Of a stretch of 64,000 nucleotides of DNA, positions 44,655 to 53,881 are shown one piece after another. Origin of the DNA: a virus. The stretch is from positions 119,296-183,295 of IMG/VR virus record IMGVR_UViG_3300047498_000060; one strand, given 5' to 3'. The notes beneath the pieces are model-generated. The model did no database searches, was not told where the DNA came from, and worked only from the letters and a program-made list of their open reading frames with translations. The position numbers were made by a program, and so were the translations under genes. Numbering within the stretch: position 1 is the stretch's first letter; every line of letters starts with the position of its first letter.

Positions 44655-46721
44655 ATGGCGACGTGGAACATCGAGCTTCCGACTGCCGACTGGTATCTGC
44701 CTGGTGACGAACGCATGGATGGCCTCGTGCGCGAAGTCACGGATCAAGACATCACTGCCATCGACACTGAGACCACCGGTCTCTGCGTCTTTCGCGATGT
44801 CCCCCTATACTGGTCGCTGGCGTGGGGCGAGAACCGCCGCTGCGCAATGCCCATCGCGACGCTCCCGTACTTCGAGCGCGCCTTCCGTGACCCCAGTCAT
44901 GCCTGGGTCTTCGCCAACGCGAAGTTCGACGCGCACATGCTGGCCAACCGCGGCGTTGTTCTCGCAGGCGACTGGTACGACGTGGCCGTCATGCACGCAC
45001 TCCTCTACGAGGAGGAATCGCACAAGCTCAAGGACATGGCCAAAGAGGTCCTTGGCTGGACCTGGCGAGACTTCTTCGACGTCTTCAAGCGCCTGGCTCT
45101 CCCCGACTACTCGCAGGCTCCGAAGATCCTTCGTGGAGGCCGCTTGGGTGCGCAGCCCACGCGCCCCGAGACCAACGCAGAGATGTTCATGCGCACGGAG
45201 CGCGACAACCTCTACGAGCTTGTCGACTACGCCTCGAACGACGCGTTCGGGACGCTGAAGATCTTCTGGGCGCTGCTCAAGGAGCTCCAGGCCTGCAACA
45301 TCTACACGCTCTACCCCGAGTGGCTGCGGACGATGGCAGACCTCTTCTTCAAGACCGAGGTGCCGTACACCAAGGTCCTCTGGCAGACGGAGCGCAACGG
45401 CTTCTACGTCGACAAGGACTACTTGGTCGGTGTCGGAACGCCGATGGGGGAGGAGCTCAACGACCTGAACCGCGAGATCACCCGTCTTGCTGCGCAGGTG
45501 GGGATAGTGGGCTTCAACCCCAAGTCCGTGGACGACCTGCGGAAGTACTTCATCGACATCAAGGGGCTCCGGCCGCTGATGATGACGAAGGGCGGCAAGA
45601 GCGGGAACAAGCAGGCCTCCATCGACAAGGGATTCCTCGAGCACTACGAGCACGAGGACGACATGGCCCACGTTCTCATGCGCCACCGTCAGCTCTCGAA
45701 GTTGAAGGGCACGTACATCGACAACATCGACGAGTTCCGCGACAACAACGGGCGCATCCACACGAAGTACAACCAGGACGTGGCACGTACGGGTCGTCTC
45801 TCCTCAAGCGAGCCCAACATCCAGAACATCCCGAAACCCGACAGCGACAAGTTCAAGTTACGCGGAGCCTTCAAGCCCCAGCCGAACGCCGGCACCTGCC
45901 TCATCGTCGGAGACTACAGCGCACTCGAGATGCGTCTTCTCGCGTGCGCCACGGTCACGAGCGAGCTCCCCAAGGGCGCTGAGGACATGATTCAGATCTT
46001 CCTCGACGGCAAGGACATCCACATGGGCAACGCGGCCATGGTGTTCGGGCCGCTAGTGAAGCAACGCTACGGCTGGGACCTGACCTACGACTTCATCAAG
46101 GAAGCGAAGAAGATCGACGGCCAGGTGAAGGAGGGCAAGCTGCCTGCGGAGGCGATGACTGAGCGGCACCAGATGGCGCTCACCTTCCGCTCACAGATCA
46201 AGGCCACAGCCTTCGGGATCAACTATGGACTGAAGGAGGGCAAGCTCGGTCGTCAGCTCGGCATCACCAAGGCCGCCGCGAAGGACGTCATTGACCAGTA
46301 CATGGCGGCCTACCCGGCGGTGGACAAGTTCTACAAGGACGCCATCGCCGAGGCGCGCAAGCTCGGTTCTTCGTGGACCGTGCTCGGCCGCCGTCGCACG
46401 CACAACGCCATCAACTCTCCGAACACGATGGACCGGTGGTCGGAAGAACGGAAGGCAGTGTCGATGGCCATCCAGGGGACGGCCGCCGACGTCGTGCGCC
46501 TCGCCATGATCAACATCAGCAACGCGCGCCTCGACTACAAGTACGGCTGCCACATGATCCTCCAGGTGCACGACGAGCTCGGCTTCGAGTGTCCTCGTGA
46601 GACCGCGGAGGAGGCGCGCAAGGAGATCCAGTACCTCATGGAGCACGCCCTCCCCACGCAGCTGGCGGTACCCCTCGAGGTGTCGCTGGGCATCGGTGAC
46701 GCATGGAACACGGCGAAATGA
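44655..46721 (+). CDS. polA: Family A DNA polymerase with 3'-5' exonuclease, no 5'-3' exonuclease
   Basis: IDTETTG, NAKFD, YASND, TGRLSS.EPNIQN, DYSALEMR, KATAFGINYG, QGTAAD, QVHDEL. Confidence 0.96.
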   Translation: MATWNIELPTADWYLPGDERMDGLVREVTDQDITAIDTETTGLCVFRDVPLYWSLAWGENRRCAMPIATLPYFERAFRDPSHAWVFANAKFDAHMLANRGVVLAGDWYDVAVMHALLYEEESHKLKDMAKEVLGWTWRDFFDVFKRLALPDYSQAPKILRGGRLGAQPTRPETNAEMFMRTERDNLYELVDYASNDAFGTLKIFWALLKELQACNIYTLYPEWLRTMADLFFKTEVPYTKVLWQTERNGFYVDKDYLVGVGTPMGEELNDLNREITRLAAQVGIVGFNPKSVDDLRKYFIDIKGLRPLMMTKGGKSGNKQASIDKGFLEHYEHEDDMAHVLMRHRQLSKLKGTYIDNIDEFRDNNGRIHTKYNQDVARTGRLSSSEPNIQNIPKPDSDKFKLRGAFKPQPNAGTCLIVGDYSALEMRLLACATVTSELPKGAEDMIQIFLDGKDIHMGNAAMVFGPLVKQRYGWDLTYDFIKEAKKIDGQVKEGKLPAEAMTERHQMALTFRSQIKATAFGINYGLKEGKLGRQLGITKAAAKDVIDQYMAAYPAVDKFYKDAIAEARKLGSSWTVLGRRRTHNAINSPNTMDRWSEERKAVSMAIQGTAADVVRLAMINISNARLDYKYGCHMILQVHDELGFECPRETAEEARKEIQYLMEHALPTQLAVPLEVSLGIGDAWNTAK

Positions 46722-47236
46722 AGGGCAAGAACATGGCCAAGAAGACCACAAGAACGACGGCACCCAAGCGTGCGCCAATCAGCAGTCAGAACGAGATTGA
46801 CACGTTCCTCCACTGCGGCCTCTGCTTGGAGGAGCTAAATGCGGGGGTAGGGAAGTTTCCTGCCGGTGTCCCGCGTACCGCGCAGCACTACGCCAGGCTC
46901 GAAGTGGGTTACACACCCACCGGGCTGCAGGTGCGTTGCGTACGGCATGACGTGAACGTCATCCACCTCGATTTCGCTGGACAGAAGTTCCACGCGAACA
47001 CCTCGCGCGCCTGCTGGGCGTGTCCCGAGTGTGGTGCCGGCTTTCAGAAGCACGGCACCGGCCCCAAGGCGCGCGCCGCGTGCAAGTTCCCCCCGGAGGA
47101 GAAGCGCACCTGCATGGGGTTCCGCTGCTACTGCCGCAACGACGTTCCGCACTCACACGCGAAGAACAAGGACTGTCCCAAGGCCCACTGCGGATGCTGC
47201 GGGTACTTGGGACCCTTCACGGAGAAGAAGGCATGA
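46718..47236 (+). CDS. Cys-rich hypothetical protein
   Basis: HCGLC, CVRHD, CPEC, CRN...HCGCC. Confidence 0.6.
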   Translation: MKGKNMAKKTTRTTAPKRAPISSQNEIDTFLHCGLCLEELNAGVGKFPAGVPRTAQHYARLEVGYTPTGLQVRCVRHDVNVIHLDFAGQKFHANTSRACWACPECGAGFQKHGTGPKARAACKFPPEEKRTCMGFRCYCRNDVPHSHAKNKDCPKAHCGCCGYLGPFTEKKA

Positions 47237-47397
47237 CCGTCTACGAAGAGTATCGCTGGCACACAGTGATGGTTTTCATGGCCATCGGTGCCCTCATTCT
47301 GGGCGGCATGTACATCAACAACTGCGGTGAGTGCGAGGCCAGGGGCGGAGCCTACGTTCAAACCGCCTTGGGCTTCGCCTGCGTGGAGAAGAAGTGA
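47233..47397 (+). CDS. Small membrane protein
   Basis: One transmembrane helix followed by CEARGG...C. ATGA/GTGA coupling. Confidence 0.6.
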   Translation: MTVYEEYRWHTVMVFMAIGALILGGMYINNCGECEARGGAYVQTALGFACVEKK

Positions 47398-47729
47398 ACA
47401 AGAACGAGCTCGACAGAAGAACCTCCAACCAGATCGACCTGCCCATCCACAAGGTGCGTGAGATCACCACTGAGTTCTTGAGGCAGATCATCAAAGGCCT
47501 CCTCGAGCGCGGCGTCGGGGGCATCGTGCAGCTCGACGACTTCGGCACCCTTCACATCTCTCGTCGCGTAGGTCTCCTAAACGACAACCCGGTCGTGAAG
47601 TACTATGTGAACCTACGCAGAGCCGAGGCTCTCACGCGTGCGTTACGCGCGAAGTTCGGCAAGACACAAAAGGAGATTCGTCATAGCCGAGCAGTTCGTC
47701 AAAGAGCAATGAAGCGCACAGAGAAGTAG
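47394..47729 (+). CDS. HU/IHF-like DNA-binding protein
   Basis: MNKNEL...VREITTEFLRQIIKGL...VQLDDFGTLHISRR. Confidence 0.7.
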   Translation: MNKNELDRRTSNQIDLPIHKVREITTEFLRQIIKGLLERGVGGIVQLDDFGTLHISRRVGLLNDNPVVKYYVNLRRAEALTRALRAKFGKTQKEIRHSRAVRQRAMKRTEK

Positions 47730-47747
47730 CGCGCGACTTCTCTGTGC

Positions 47748-47753
47748 TACACT
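47748..47753 (+). promoter_or_regulatory. Extended -10 TGc-TACACT, 5 nt before ATG of HNH gene
   Basis: No RBS; leaderless geometry. Confidence 0.5.
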
Positions 47754-47758
47754 AAGGC

Positions 47759-48232
47759 ATGGCTGCCGAATCCGAGAGAAAGAAACGTCAGTACCTACGC
47801 AGCGTGGCTCTGGGTCTGTGTCCCAGGTGCAACCAACGAAAGCCCGCCAAGAGCAAGAAGACGTGTCGGACCTGCAGCAATGACCGTCTCGAGCGGTACT
47901 ACGAAAACAAGGAACACCAGCTACTGCAGCAACGTGCGTATCGGCAGCGACTGAGGGATGAAACGTACGCCGTGTATGGAACTCACTGCTCTTGCTGCGG
48001 AGAAGCACGCGTAGAGTTCCTTCAGATCGATCACGTGCACGGCACGGGAGCAATCCACCGCAGAACGATCGGACGTGCATCCCATTCCCTGTTCATCTGG
48101 CTACGGCGTAACAACTACCCGGCCGGGTTTCGCATACTCTGTGCAAACTGTAACTTCTCCAGAGGAACCAAGGGCTATTGCCCCCATGAAAAGGAGCAAG
48201 AAGATGAACGAAACAGAAAAGTACGCCGTTGA
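47759..48232 (+). CDS. HNH endonuclease
   Basis: CPRC..CRTC, CSCCGE, LQIDHV, RILCANCN. Confidence 0.85.
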   Translation: MAAESERKKRQYLRSVALGLCPRCNQRKPAKSKKTCRTCSNDRLERYYENKEHQLLQQRAYRQRLRDETYAVYGTHCSCCGEARVEFLQIDHVHGTGAIHRRTIGRASHSLFIWLRRNNYPAGFRILCANCNFSRGTKGYCPHEKEQEDERNRKVRR

Positions 48233-48371
48233 TGAGAACGTCGATCAAGAGCAGCTCGAGAAGCAGGCCGCAAGCGGATGCCCCGTGTGCGGTAAGAAGG
48301 TCGAACGCCACGGCAACGTGCTGATGTGCCCAACCCATGGGTCTGAACCCTTCGAGAACAAGAGGAAGTAG
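48204..48371 (+). CDS. Small zinc-ribbon protein
   Basis: AAGGAG RBS. CPVC...CPTHGSEPFE. Confidence 0.65.
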   Translation: MNETEKYAVDENVDQEQLEKQAASGCPVCGKKVERHGNVLMCPTHGSEPFENKRK

Positions 48372-49622
48372 ATGAGCCGACTGTCCGTCGCCGAGATCAG
48401 CAAGCAGGTTGCAAAGCTACAAGCAGGTCTGAACCGCACCGCCGCCGAGAAAGGAGCGACGGTGTGCACCAGCATCGACCTGGCTCCCAACGTCTACTTC
48501 ACGCGTCGGCCGAGTGGGATTCCTGAGCTTGACATCCACCTCGGCGGCGGACTTCCGGCGGGAGGGCTCTCGTATCTGAGCGGCCCGGATGGAAGCTTCA
48601 AGTCGAGTTTGCTCTACCACTTCATCGCGGAAAACCAGCGCATCTGGGGCGAGCGCTCCTGCGTGGCCCTCGGAGTGAGCGAGGCCGCACCCGACCACTT
48701 CTGGATGCGGAAGTGCGGCGTGCAGATCGCCATCCCCGAGGAGATGATTGCCGAGCGCGTAGTGATGCGGAAGCACAACGGGCTCCCACCCTTCACGAAG
48801 GACGAGCTCAAGGCCTTCCGTGCACCCACCGTCGGCAAGGTCATGCTCCTGCGTGGGGCCACCGGCGAGGAGCTCCTCGAGGCCATCCTCCAGTTCTTCG
48901 ACTGGGGTGGCTGCGACCTCCTGATGCTCGACTCTGTGTCCGCTGTCCTCCCCGAAGCCGACGCCGACAAGAGCCTCGACGAAAACCAGAAAAGAGCCGC
49001 GGCAGCTGGCCTCCTCACCAAGTTCTTCCAGCACTACCTGAACGGGACGACCGGCTACAGCGGCGCGAACAAGACCACGGTCATCTTCACATCGCAGGTG
49101 CGCTCGAACTCGAAGAAGGCCGAGGCGCCGGCGCACATCGCGAAGTACCTCTCCGACTACGCCCCCCAGGGCGCGTGGGCCGCGAAACACGGCAAGCTCA
49201 TCGACATCCTGATGAAGCCGGGCGAGAAGGAGAAAGAGAAGGTCGCCAACGAACCGCTGTCCCTGGGCGCCGCCGTCGAGCAGAAGAAGCGCCTCACCCA
49301 GACCGGCAAGCTGGTGCGGTACGAGATCCTCAAGGGCAAGGCCGGCATCCACGAGGGCATCACCGGCGAGTTCCCGTTCTCCTTCTCCGAGAACGTGGAC
49401 AAGCAGCGCCTGCTCATCATGACGGGCCTCCGTCTCGGCATCGCTGAGGAGAAGAACGGGCTCGTGACGTACTACGACTTGAAGAGCCGAACTCCCATCC
49501 CCGAGCTCGAGAAGCGTCCGATGGACGAGCTCGCTGCCATGCTGCGCGCGAACTTCGAGATGGAACTCTCGCTCCGCCTCATGACTCTCGCCAGCGTGGG
49601 CATTGAGTGCGCCTATCGCTGA
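48372..49622 (+). CDS. RecA/UvsX-like recombinase
   Basis: LDIHLGGGLPAG, GPDGSFKS, TGEELLE, LDSVSAV, SQVR. Confidence 0.88.
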   Translation: MSRLSVAEISKQVAKLQAGLNRTAAEKGATVCTSIDLAPNVYFTRRPSGIPELDIHLGGGLPAGGLSYLSGPDGSFKSSLLYHFIAENQRIWGERSCVALGVSEAAPDHFWMRKCGVQIAIPEEMIAERVVMRKHNGLPPFTKDELKAFRAPTVGKVMLLRGATGEELLEAILQFFDWGGCDLLMLDSVSAVLPEADADKSLDENQKRAAAAGLLTKFFQHYLNGTTGYSGANKTTVIFTSQVRSNSKKAEAPAHIAKYLSDYAPQGAWAAKHGKLIDILMKPGEKEKEKVANEPLSLGAAVEQKKRLTQTGKLVRYEILKGKAGIHEGITGEFPFSFSENVDKQRLLIMTGLRLGIAEEKNGLVTYYDLKSRTPIPELEKRPMDELAAMLRANFEMELSLRLMTLASVGIECAYR

Positions 49623-50167
49623 GCCTGGAAGCGCACGAGGGGGAGTGCAGCCGCTGCGAGGCGAAGGGTCAGGTCATCCTTCACTTTGCAGTGACGACCG
49701 AGGAGGAGGTCGGTGACCTGCCGGCCTTGTGCGTGGCCTGCGCCATCAAAGGCGGCGAGATCACCACCTTCCTGGCGCCTCTCGTCGAGAAGCCCTCGAG
49801 AAGGAAGGCGTTCAAGAAGGCGAAGAAGACCTCACTGAAACAGGAGGTGGAGGTCTGCGAGCTCCTTGGCGCGCGCACTCAGCCCGGCTCCGGCAACCAG
49901 GCCGGGGCCAAGGGAGACGGCAGAAGGAAGGGTGAGCTCCGCATCGAGGCGAAGTTCACGAAGGCCGAGTCTTACAGCCTAAAGCTCGAGGAACTCGGCA
50001 AGCTAATGGGTGAGGCGGCACAGGGAGAGCTCCCAGTGTTCGTCATAGACTACCTCGATCCGGGGACAAGCAAGCTGCGGGACCGCTATGCAGTCCTTCC
50101 GTTCGCAGACGCACAGGAACTCATCGAGCTCAGGAGAGAGAAGAATGCCACTACGAAGCATCGCTGA
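49607..50167 (+). CDS. Hjc-like PD-(D/E)xK resolvase with N-terminal Zn finger
   Basis: E...LGA..QPGSG...KGD...IEAK; CSRC/CVAC. Confidence 0.7.
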   Translation: MRLSLSLEAHEGECSRCEAKGQVILHFAVTTEEEVGDLPALCVACAIKGGEITTFLAPLVEKPSRRKAFKKAKKTSLKQEVEVCELLGARTQPGSGNQAGAKGDGRRKGELRIEAKFTKAESYSLKLEELGKLMGEAAQGELPVFVIDYLDPGTSKLRDRYAVLPFADAQELIELRREKNATTKHR

Positions 50168-51026
50168 CCTAAACGGTCCGCCTGACGAGATCGCCCGGCG
50201 GATCAACCAAGCGAAGCAGCTGTCCGTCCTCTACGACACCTACGTCAACACAACGCAGGACGGCCACGAGCGCGAGCCCGGCATCCACGCCTCAGAGCTC
50301 TACCCCTGCCTGCGCCAGCCGGTCTACTCGTTGACCAACACCCCACGGAAGCCGAATGTCCGGAAGTACTGGAAGCAGCGCTTCAAGATGGGGCAGAAGA
50401 TCCACGACCTAGTGCAGGAGGACTTCGAGAAGATCTCTAAAGCCACTGTGCAGACCGAGGCTTTTCGCATCGCCACAGCGATGGCACTCCAGATGAACTG
50501 CCGCATCGAGTTCCAGAAGGAAGCCAAGGTCCATCCCAGACTTCAGGCCATCGCCGCGTACTGGAAGATCTACTCTGCGTGTGACGGCATCTTCACCTTC
50601 ATCGATCTGGACACCAACGAGGTCGTGCTCCGCGTTGGCCTCGAGATCAAGTCGGAGGCAATGGACGGCTACGCCGCACTCAAGGCTCCGAAGTTCGAGC
50701 ACATGAGGCAGGGCCACCTCTACATGGGCTGCTACGACCTGCCGCTCATGTGGTTCTTCTACATGAACAAGAACAACCAGAACAACACGAAATCAGAGTC
50801 TCCCTTCCTCGTAGTGTTCCAGCCGGAGATCTGGCAGGAGCTCGAACAGCGCTTCGTAGAGATCCACACGCACGCGGCCAACAGGACCCTCCCCGAAAGG
50901 ACTGAGACCATCATCTGCGAGTTCTGTGCGTGGAACTACACCTGCGAGCCCAAAGCCGAGAAGATCCAAGCGAAGCAACTCGTACGAGGCAAGAACGAAT
51001 CCCTCCGTCCACAAGGAAAGGTCTGA
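50145..51026 (+). CDS. Cas4-like/RecB-family exonuclease
   Basis: IHASELYPC, G..IH, DG, LEIKS, QGHLYM, CEFCAWNYTC (split 4-Cys cluster). Confidence 0.82.
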   Translation: MPLRSIADLNGPPDEIARRINQAKQLSVLYDTYVNTTQDGHEREPGIHASELYPCLRQPVYSLTNTPRKPNVRKYWKQRFKMGQKIHDLVQEDFEKISKATVQTEAFRIATAMALQMNCRIEFQKEAKVHPRLQAIAAYWKIYSACDGIFTFIDLDTNEVVLRVGLEIKSEAMDGYAALKAPKFEHMRQGHLYMGCYDLPLMWFFYMNKNNQNNTKSESPFLVVFQPEIWQELEQRFVEIHTHAANRTLPERTETIICEFCAWNYTCEPKAEKIQAKQLVRGKNESLRPQGKV

Positions 51027-51027
51027 C

Positions 51028-51714
51028 ATGCGCGAACCTAGGCCGGCCCACAGCCCTCCCCCTCTCGACCAGCCGTACCCGCAACCTGGCGGGCTGCAGC
51101 TACCCCGAGACGTGGGCATCGCAGAGAGTACTGCAGCAGCCGTCGAACAGCGATGGAGCGCCACCATCGAACGAGTAAACGCGCGACTGCACGCTCAGGG
51201 CTTCTATGACGTCGCTCAGCCACAGCTTCAATGCCCCGAAGTCTCGACCGAGGCGCTGCTGTCCACGGACCTCCGCAGCTACACGGTCACCTACGCCGGG
51301 CAGCTGCAGTGGTACCGCTACACGGTGGTGCTGCTGGCGAAGGTGCGCGCCACGCTTCTCGGCGTCGAAAATGAGATGTCGGACATCGCTGCCAAGAAGC
51401 GCATCGAGTTCCGAAAACAGAACCAGACTGCGGCGAAGGCCGACAAGCTGGGCACCCAGGAGATGGCGGACCTCATCGATCAAGACCCCATCTACAACGA
51501 CCTCAAGCTCCAGGAGCAAGAGCTCACGCAGTACAAGCTACAGATCCAGGTGCGGGCCGAGACGCTCGAGGAATCGCTGAAGGTGGTCTCCAGGCAGATC
51601 GAGAATCGCAAAATGGAGACGAGCGCCGGCGGACGCGAACAGAATATGCCGTACGGCAACCGACCTCCAGGACCACAACCGCAGCCAGTTCAAGGGTGGA
51701 AACCGCACGGATGA
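51028..51714 (+). CDS. Coiled-coil protein (recombination-mediator-like)
   Basis: Long heptad region within the recombination cluster. Function inferred. Confidence 0.5.
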   Translation: MREPRPAHSPPPLDQPYPQPGGLQLPRDVGIAESTAAAVEQRWSATIERVNARLHAQGFYDVAQPQLQCPEVSTEALLSTDLRSYTVTYAGQLQWYRYTVVLLAKVRATLLGVENEMSDIAAKKRIEFRKQNQTAAKADKLGTQEMADLIDQDPIYNDLKLQEQELTQYKLQIQVRAETLEESLKVVSRQIENRKMETSAGGREQNMPYGNRPPGPQPQPVQGWKPHG

Positions 51715-52157
51715 TTCGACTCGAGCTGCCGTTCATACCGCCGTCGTCGAACAAGGCGTACTTCAACCTACCGACCGGAGGGCGCGGGCTCGCTACTGCG
51801 GGCAAGAAGTTCAAGAACGAGACCACGGCACACCTCGTGCGCACCTACCCGCAGGAGCTCCGCTTCTTCCAGGACAACAAGCCCTACCTAGTTCTAATCC
51901 GTTTCTTCTTCGAGGATGTGGAGACGAAGGGCTTCTCCAGCGGCAAAGCGAAGAACCGGTACAAAGTGTTCGACGGCGGCAATCGAACCAAGCTACTGGA
52001 AGACGTCCTCAAGGACGTGGGCGGCATCGACGACTCGCAAACGCTGACGTCGATCTGGGAGAAGAAGCAAGGTCTCCCTGAGCGCACGCTGCTTTGGGCC
52101 TGGAATATCGAGGAGGAGGCAACGCCGTTCGATGGAGCACTCGCAAGTCTCACCTAG
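51711..52157 (+). CDS. RusA-like Holliday junction resolvase
   Basis: LPFIPPSSN, DGGNRTKLLEDVL...IDDSQ. Confidence 0.8.
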   Translation: MIRLELPFIPPSSNKAYFNLPTGGRGLATAGKKFKNETTAHLVRTYPQELRFFQDNKPYLVLIRFFFEDVETKGFSSGKAKNRYKVFDGGNRTKLLEDVLKDVGGIDDSQTLTSIWEKKQGLPERTLLWAWNIEEEATPFDGALASLT

Positions 52158-52521
52158 CCTCGCAGTCGAGTACCTCTACAGCCTCTACGAGGGATGCAAT
52201 CACACCGAGCTCTACCAGATCGCGAGGGCCGCTGGCCACAACGTCCTACCCAGCCTCGATCGAGAAGCACTCATCCGCATCATCATCGGCGCCGAACAAC
52301 CGCCACCGCTCTTCGAGCACATCGTCGACGAGTATCGGCGCGCCATCATGGCCTTCGTCATCGACCACCGGAAGGCACTGGAAACGCAGATCAAGTGCCC
52401 TGCGCGTTCTTTCAAGCCCGACGCGTGCTTCGGATGTCTCGACCAACAGGTCTTCAGCTGCCTCGTAAGCAACCCCAATCAGCAACGACTCATCCAGCTC
52501 TACAAGAGAAAGCTCACGTAA
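52132..52521 (+). CDS. Hypothetical protein with HeH/Rho-N-like motif and Cys cluster
   Basis: NHTELYQIARAAG...REALIRII; CPA...CFGC...C. Confidence 0.6.
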   Translation: MEHSQVSPSLAVEYLYSLYEGCNHTELYQIARAAGHNVLPSLDREALIRIIIGAEQPPPLFEHIVDEYRRAIMAFVIDHRKALETQIKCPARSFKPDACFGCLDQQVFSCLVSNPNQQRLIQLYKRKLT

Positions 52522-52536
52522 GGAGACCACCCCCGC

Positions 52537-53649
52537 ATGTCTGACGATTCACTCGCGCCGCTCACCATTCAAACGGCACCTCGCAATGCACAGGTGCTGA
52601 TGGAACAAACCTCTCACACTCTCCGAACGCTGGCGTACGACCTCGGGCGGCTCACCAGCGGTGAGCAGATGCTGGCGTGGCATCCGCTCACGCATCAGCA
52701 GCGCGCCGAACTCGTGCTCGTTGGTCTCCAAGAGTGGGACAAGCAGAATCCCGGAGCCTACGCAGGTCCCGCCATCACCCCAGGCCCTCAACCCCAACAG
52801 TCTGTACAACCCCAGGAGACCGCCGCACCCATGAACCAGCCTCCCCCGTACCCGCCCCAGCAGTTCCAGCAGCCCCCGCAGCAGCCCCAGTTCCAGCAAC
52901 CCCAGTTCCAGCAGCAGGCTTCTCAGCAACCGGGCTTCGGGCAGCAGCAGGCGCCCCAGGGGTACGGAGCTCCGCAGCCTGGCTTCGGACCGCCGCAGGC
53001 TCCCCAGCAAGCGCCCCAGTATGCGCCGCCCCAGGCTCCGCAGGGCGGGCCTCCCCCGCCGCCGGCGTTCACCCCACAGGCCCAGCCGTACCCCCAGCAG
53101 CAGGTGGCGCCCATGATGCAGCAGCAGATGGCGCCGCAGTACCCGCAGGGGAACTTCCCCCAACAGCCCGCTGCGGGGCAGCTGCAGGCTCCGCAGCTCC
53201 AGCAACCGCCGTCCTTCCAGCCGAACGGAGCTCCGCGTCCTGCGGGCTTCCAGCCTCCGGCCATCGTCCCCCCGCCGCAGCCTGCGACGCCTCCCCAGGC
53301 CCCGCCTATGCAGCAACAGCCGATGTTCCCCGCCCCTGCTGGAGCTCCTCAGGGGTTCGCCGGCGCAGAGACCGAGGCACTGGGCAAGACGCGTGGCAAA
53401 CGCGAACCCAAGGCCGCAGCAGCTGGAGCTTCGGGTGACCTCCTCCAGCTCCTCACCAATCTCACGGCACTGGTGCAGCAGCAGGGCGAAGAGATCGCCG
53501 TGCTGAAACGCCTGGCAGGCGTGGCGGCTGCAGGCGCGGTCACCACCTACTGCTCCACCTACGGCACACGCGACGCCGCGGCTGCGTTGCAGAGCCTGCT
53601 CAACGAGGGCTCGGTCATCACGCAGCAGCTCACTCCGGGAAAAGACTAG
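52537..53649 (+). CDS. P/Q-rich disordered protein (likely also made as a -1 frameshift-extended form ending at 53846)
   Basis: AAGGAG RBS, ~200-aa P/Q tract, ends CCG GGA AAA GAC TAG. Confidence 0.8.
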   Translation: MSDDSLAPLTIQTAPRNAQVLMEQTSHTLRTLAYDLGRLTSGEQMLAWHPLTHQQRAELVLVGLQEWDKQNPGAYAGPAITPGPQPQQSVQPQETAAPMNQPPPYPPQQFQQPPQQPQFQQPQFQQQASQQPGFGQQQAPQGYGAPQPGFGPPQAPQQAPQYAPPQAPQGGPPPPPAFTPQAQPYPQQQVAPMMQQQMAPQYPQGNFPQQPAAGQLQAPQLQQPPSFQPNGAPRPAGFQPPAIVPPPQPATPPQAPPMQQQPMFPAPAGAPQGFAGAETEALGKTRGKREPKAAAAGASGDLLQLLTNLTALVQQQGEEIAVLKRLAGVAAAGAVTTYCSTYGTRDAAAALQSLLNEGSVITQQLTPGKD

Positions 53650-53846
53650 TCGCCGTCCTCGACGACCCGTGGCCCGGCTCTGTCCGTGATGGCGCGGAGA
53701 TCTTCTCCATCTCCAGCAGTATCGTGGACACGCTGGACTACGGGTCGCTCGTCGAGCTCGCACGGCAGCTCGGTCTCCTTGTCCTCGAAGAACAAGGGTA
53801 CCCGGAGATGATCCGGACGCGACTGAGGCGCTCGCAACAACTGTGA
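53637..53846 (+). other. -1 programmed frameshift site G_GGA_AAA and 67-codon transframe extension
   Basis: The -1 frame is open from the heptamer to TGA 53844-53846, ending at the terminator, with no RBS or start of its own near its 5' end. Confidence 0.7.
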
Positions 53847-53881
53847 GAAGAAGGGGAGAGATGCTCTCCCCTTTTTTTTCT
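53846..53881. terminator. Intrinsic terminator at convergent junction
   Basis: AAGGGGAGAG-ATG-CTCTCCCCTT followed by a T run. Confidence 0.9.

Noticed and set aside
50145-51026. Cas4-like gene as part of a CRISPR-Cas system
   Set aside because: No cas1/cas2 or array in the window, and solo Cas4-like nucleases are common in phage recombination clusters.
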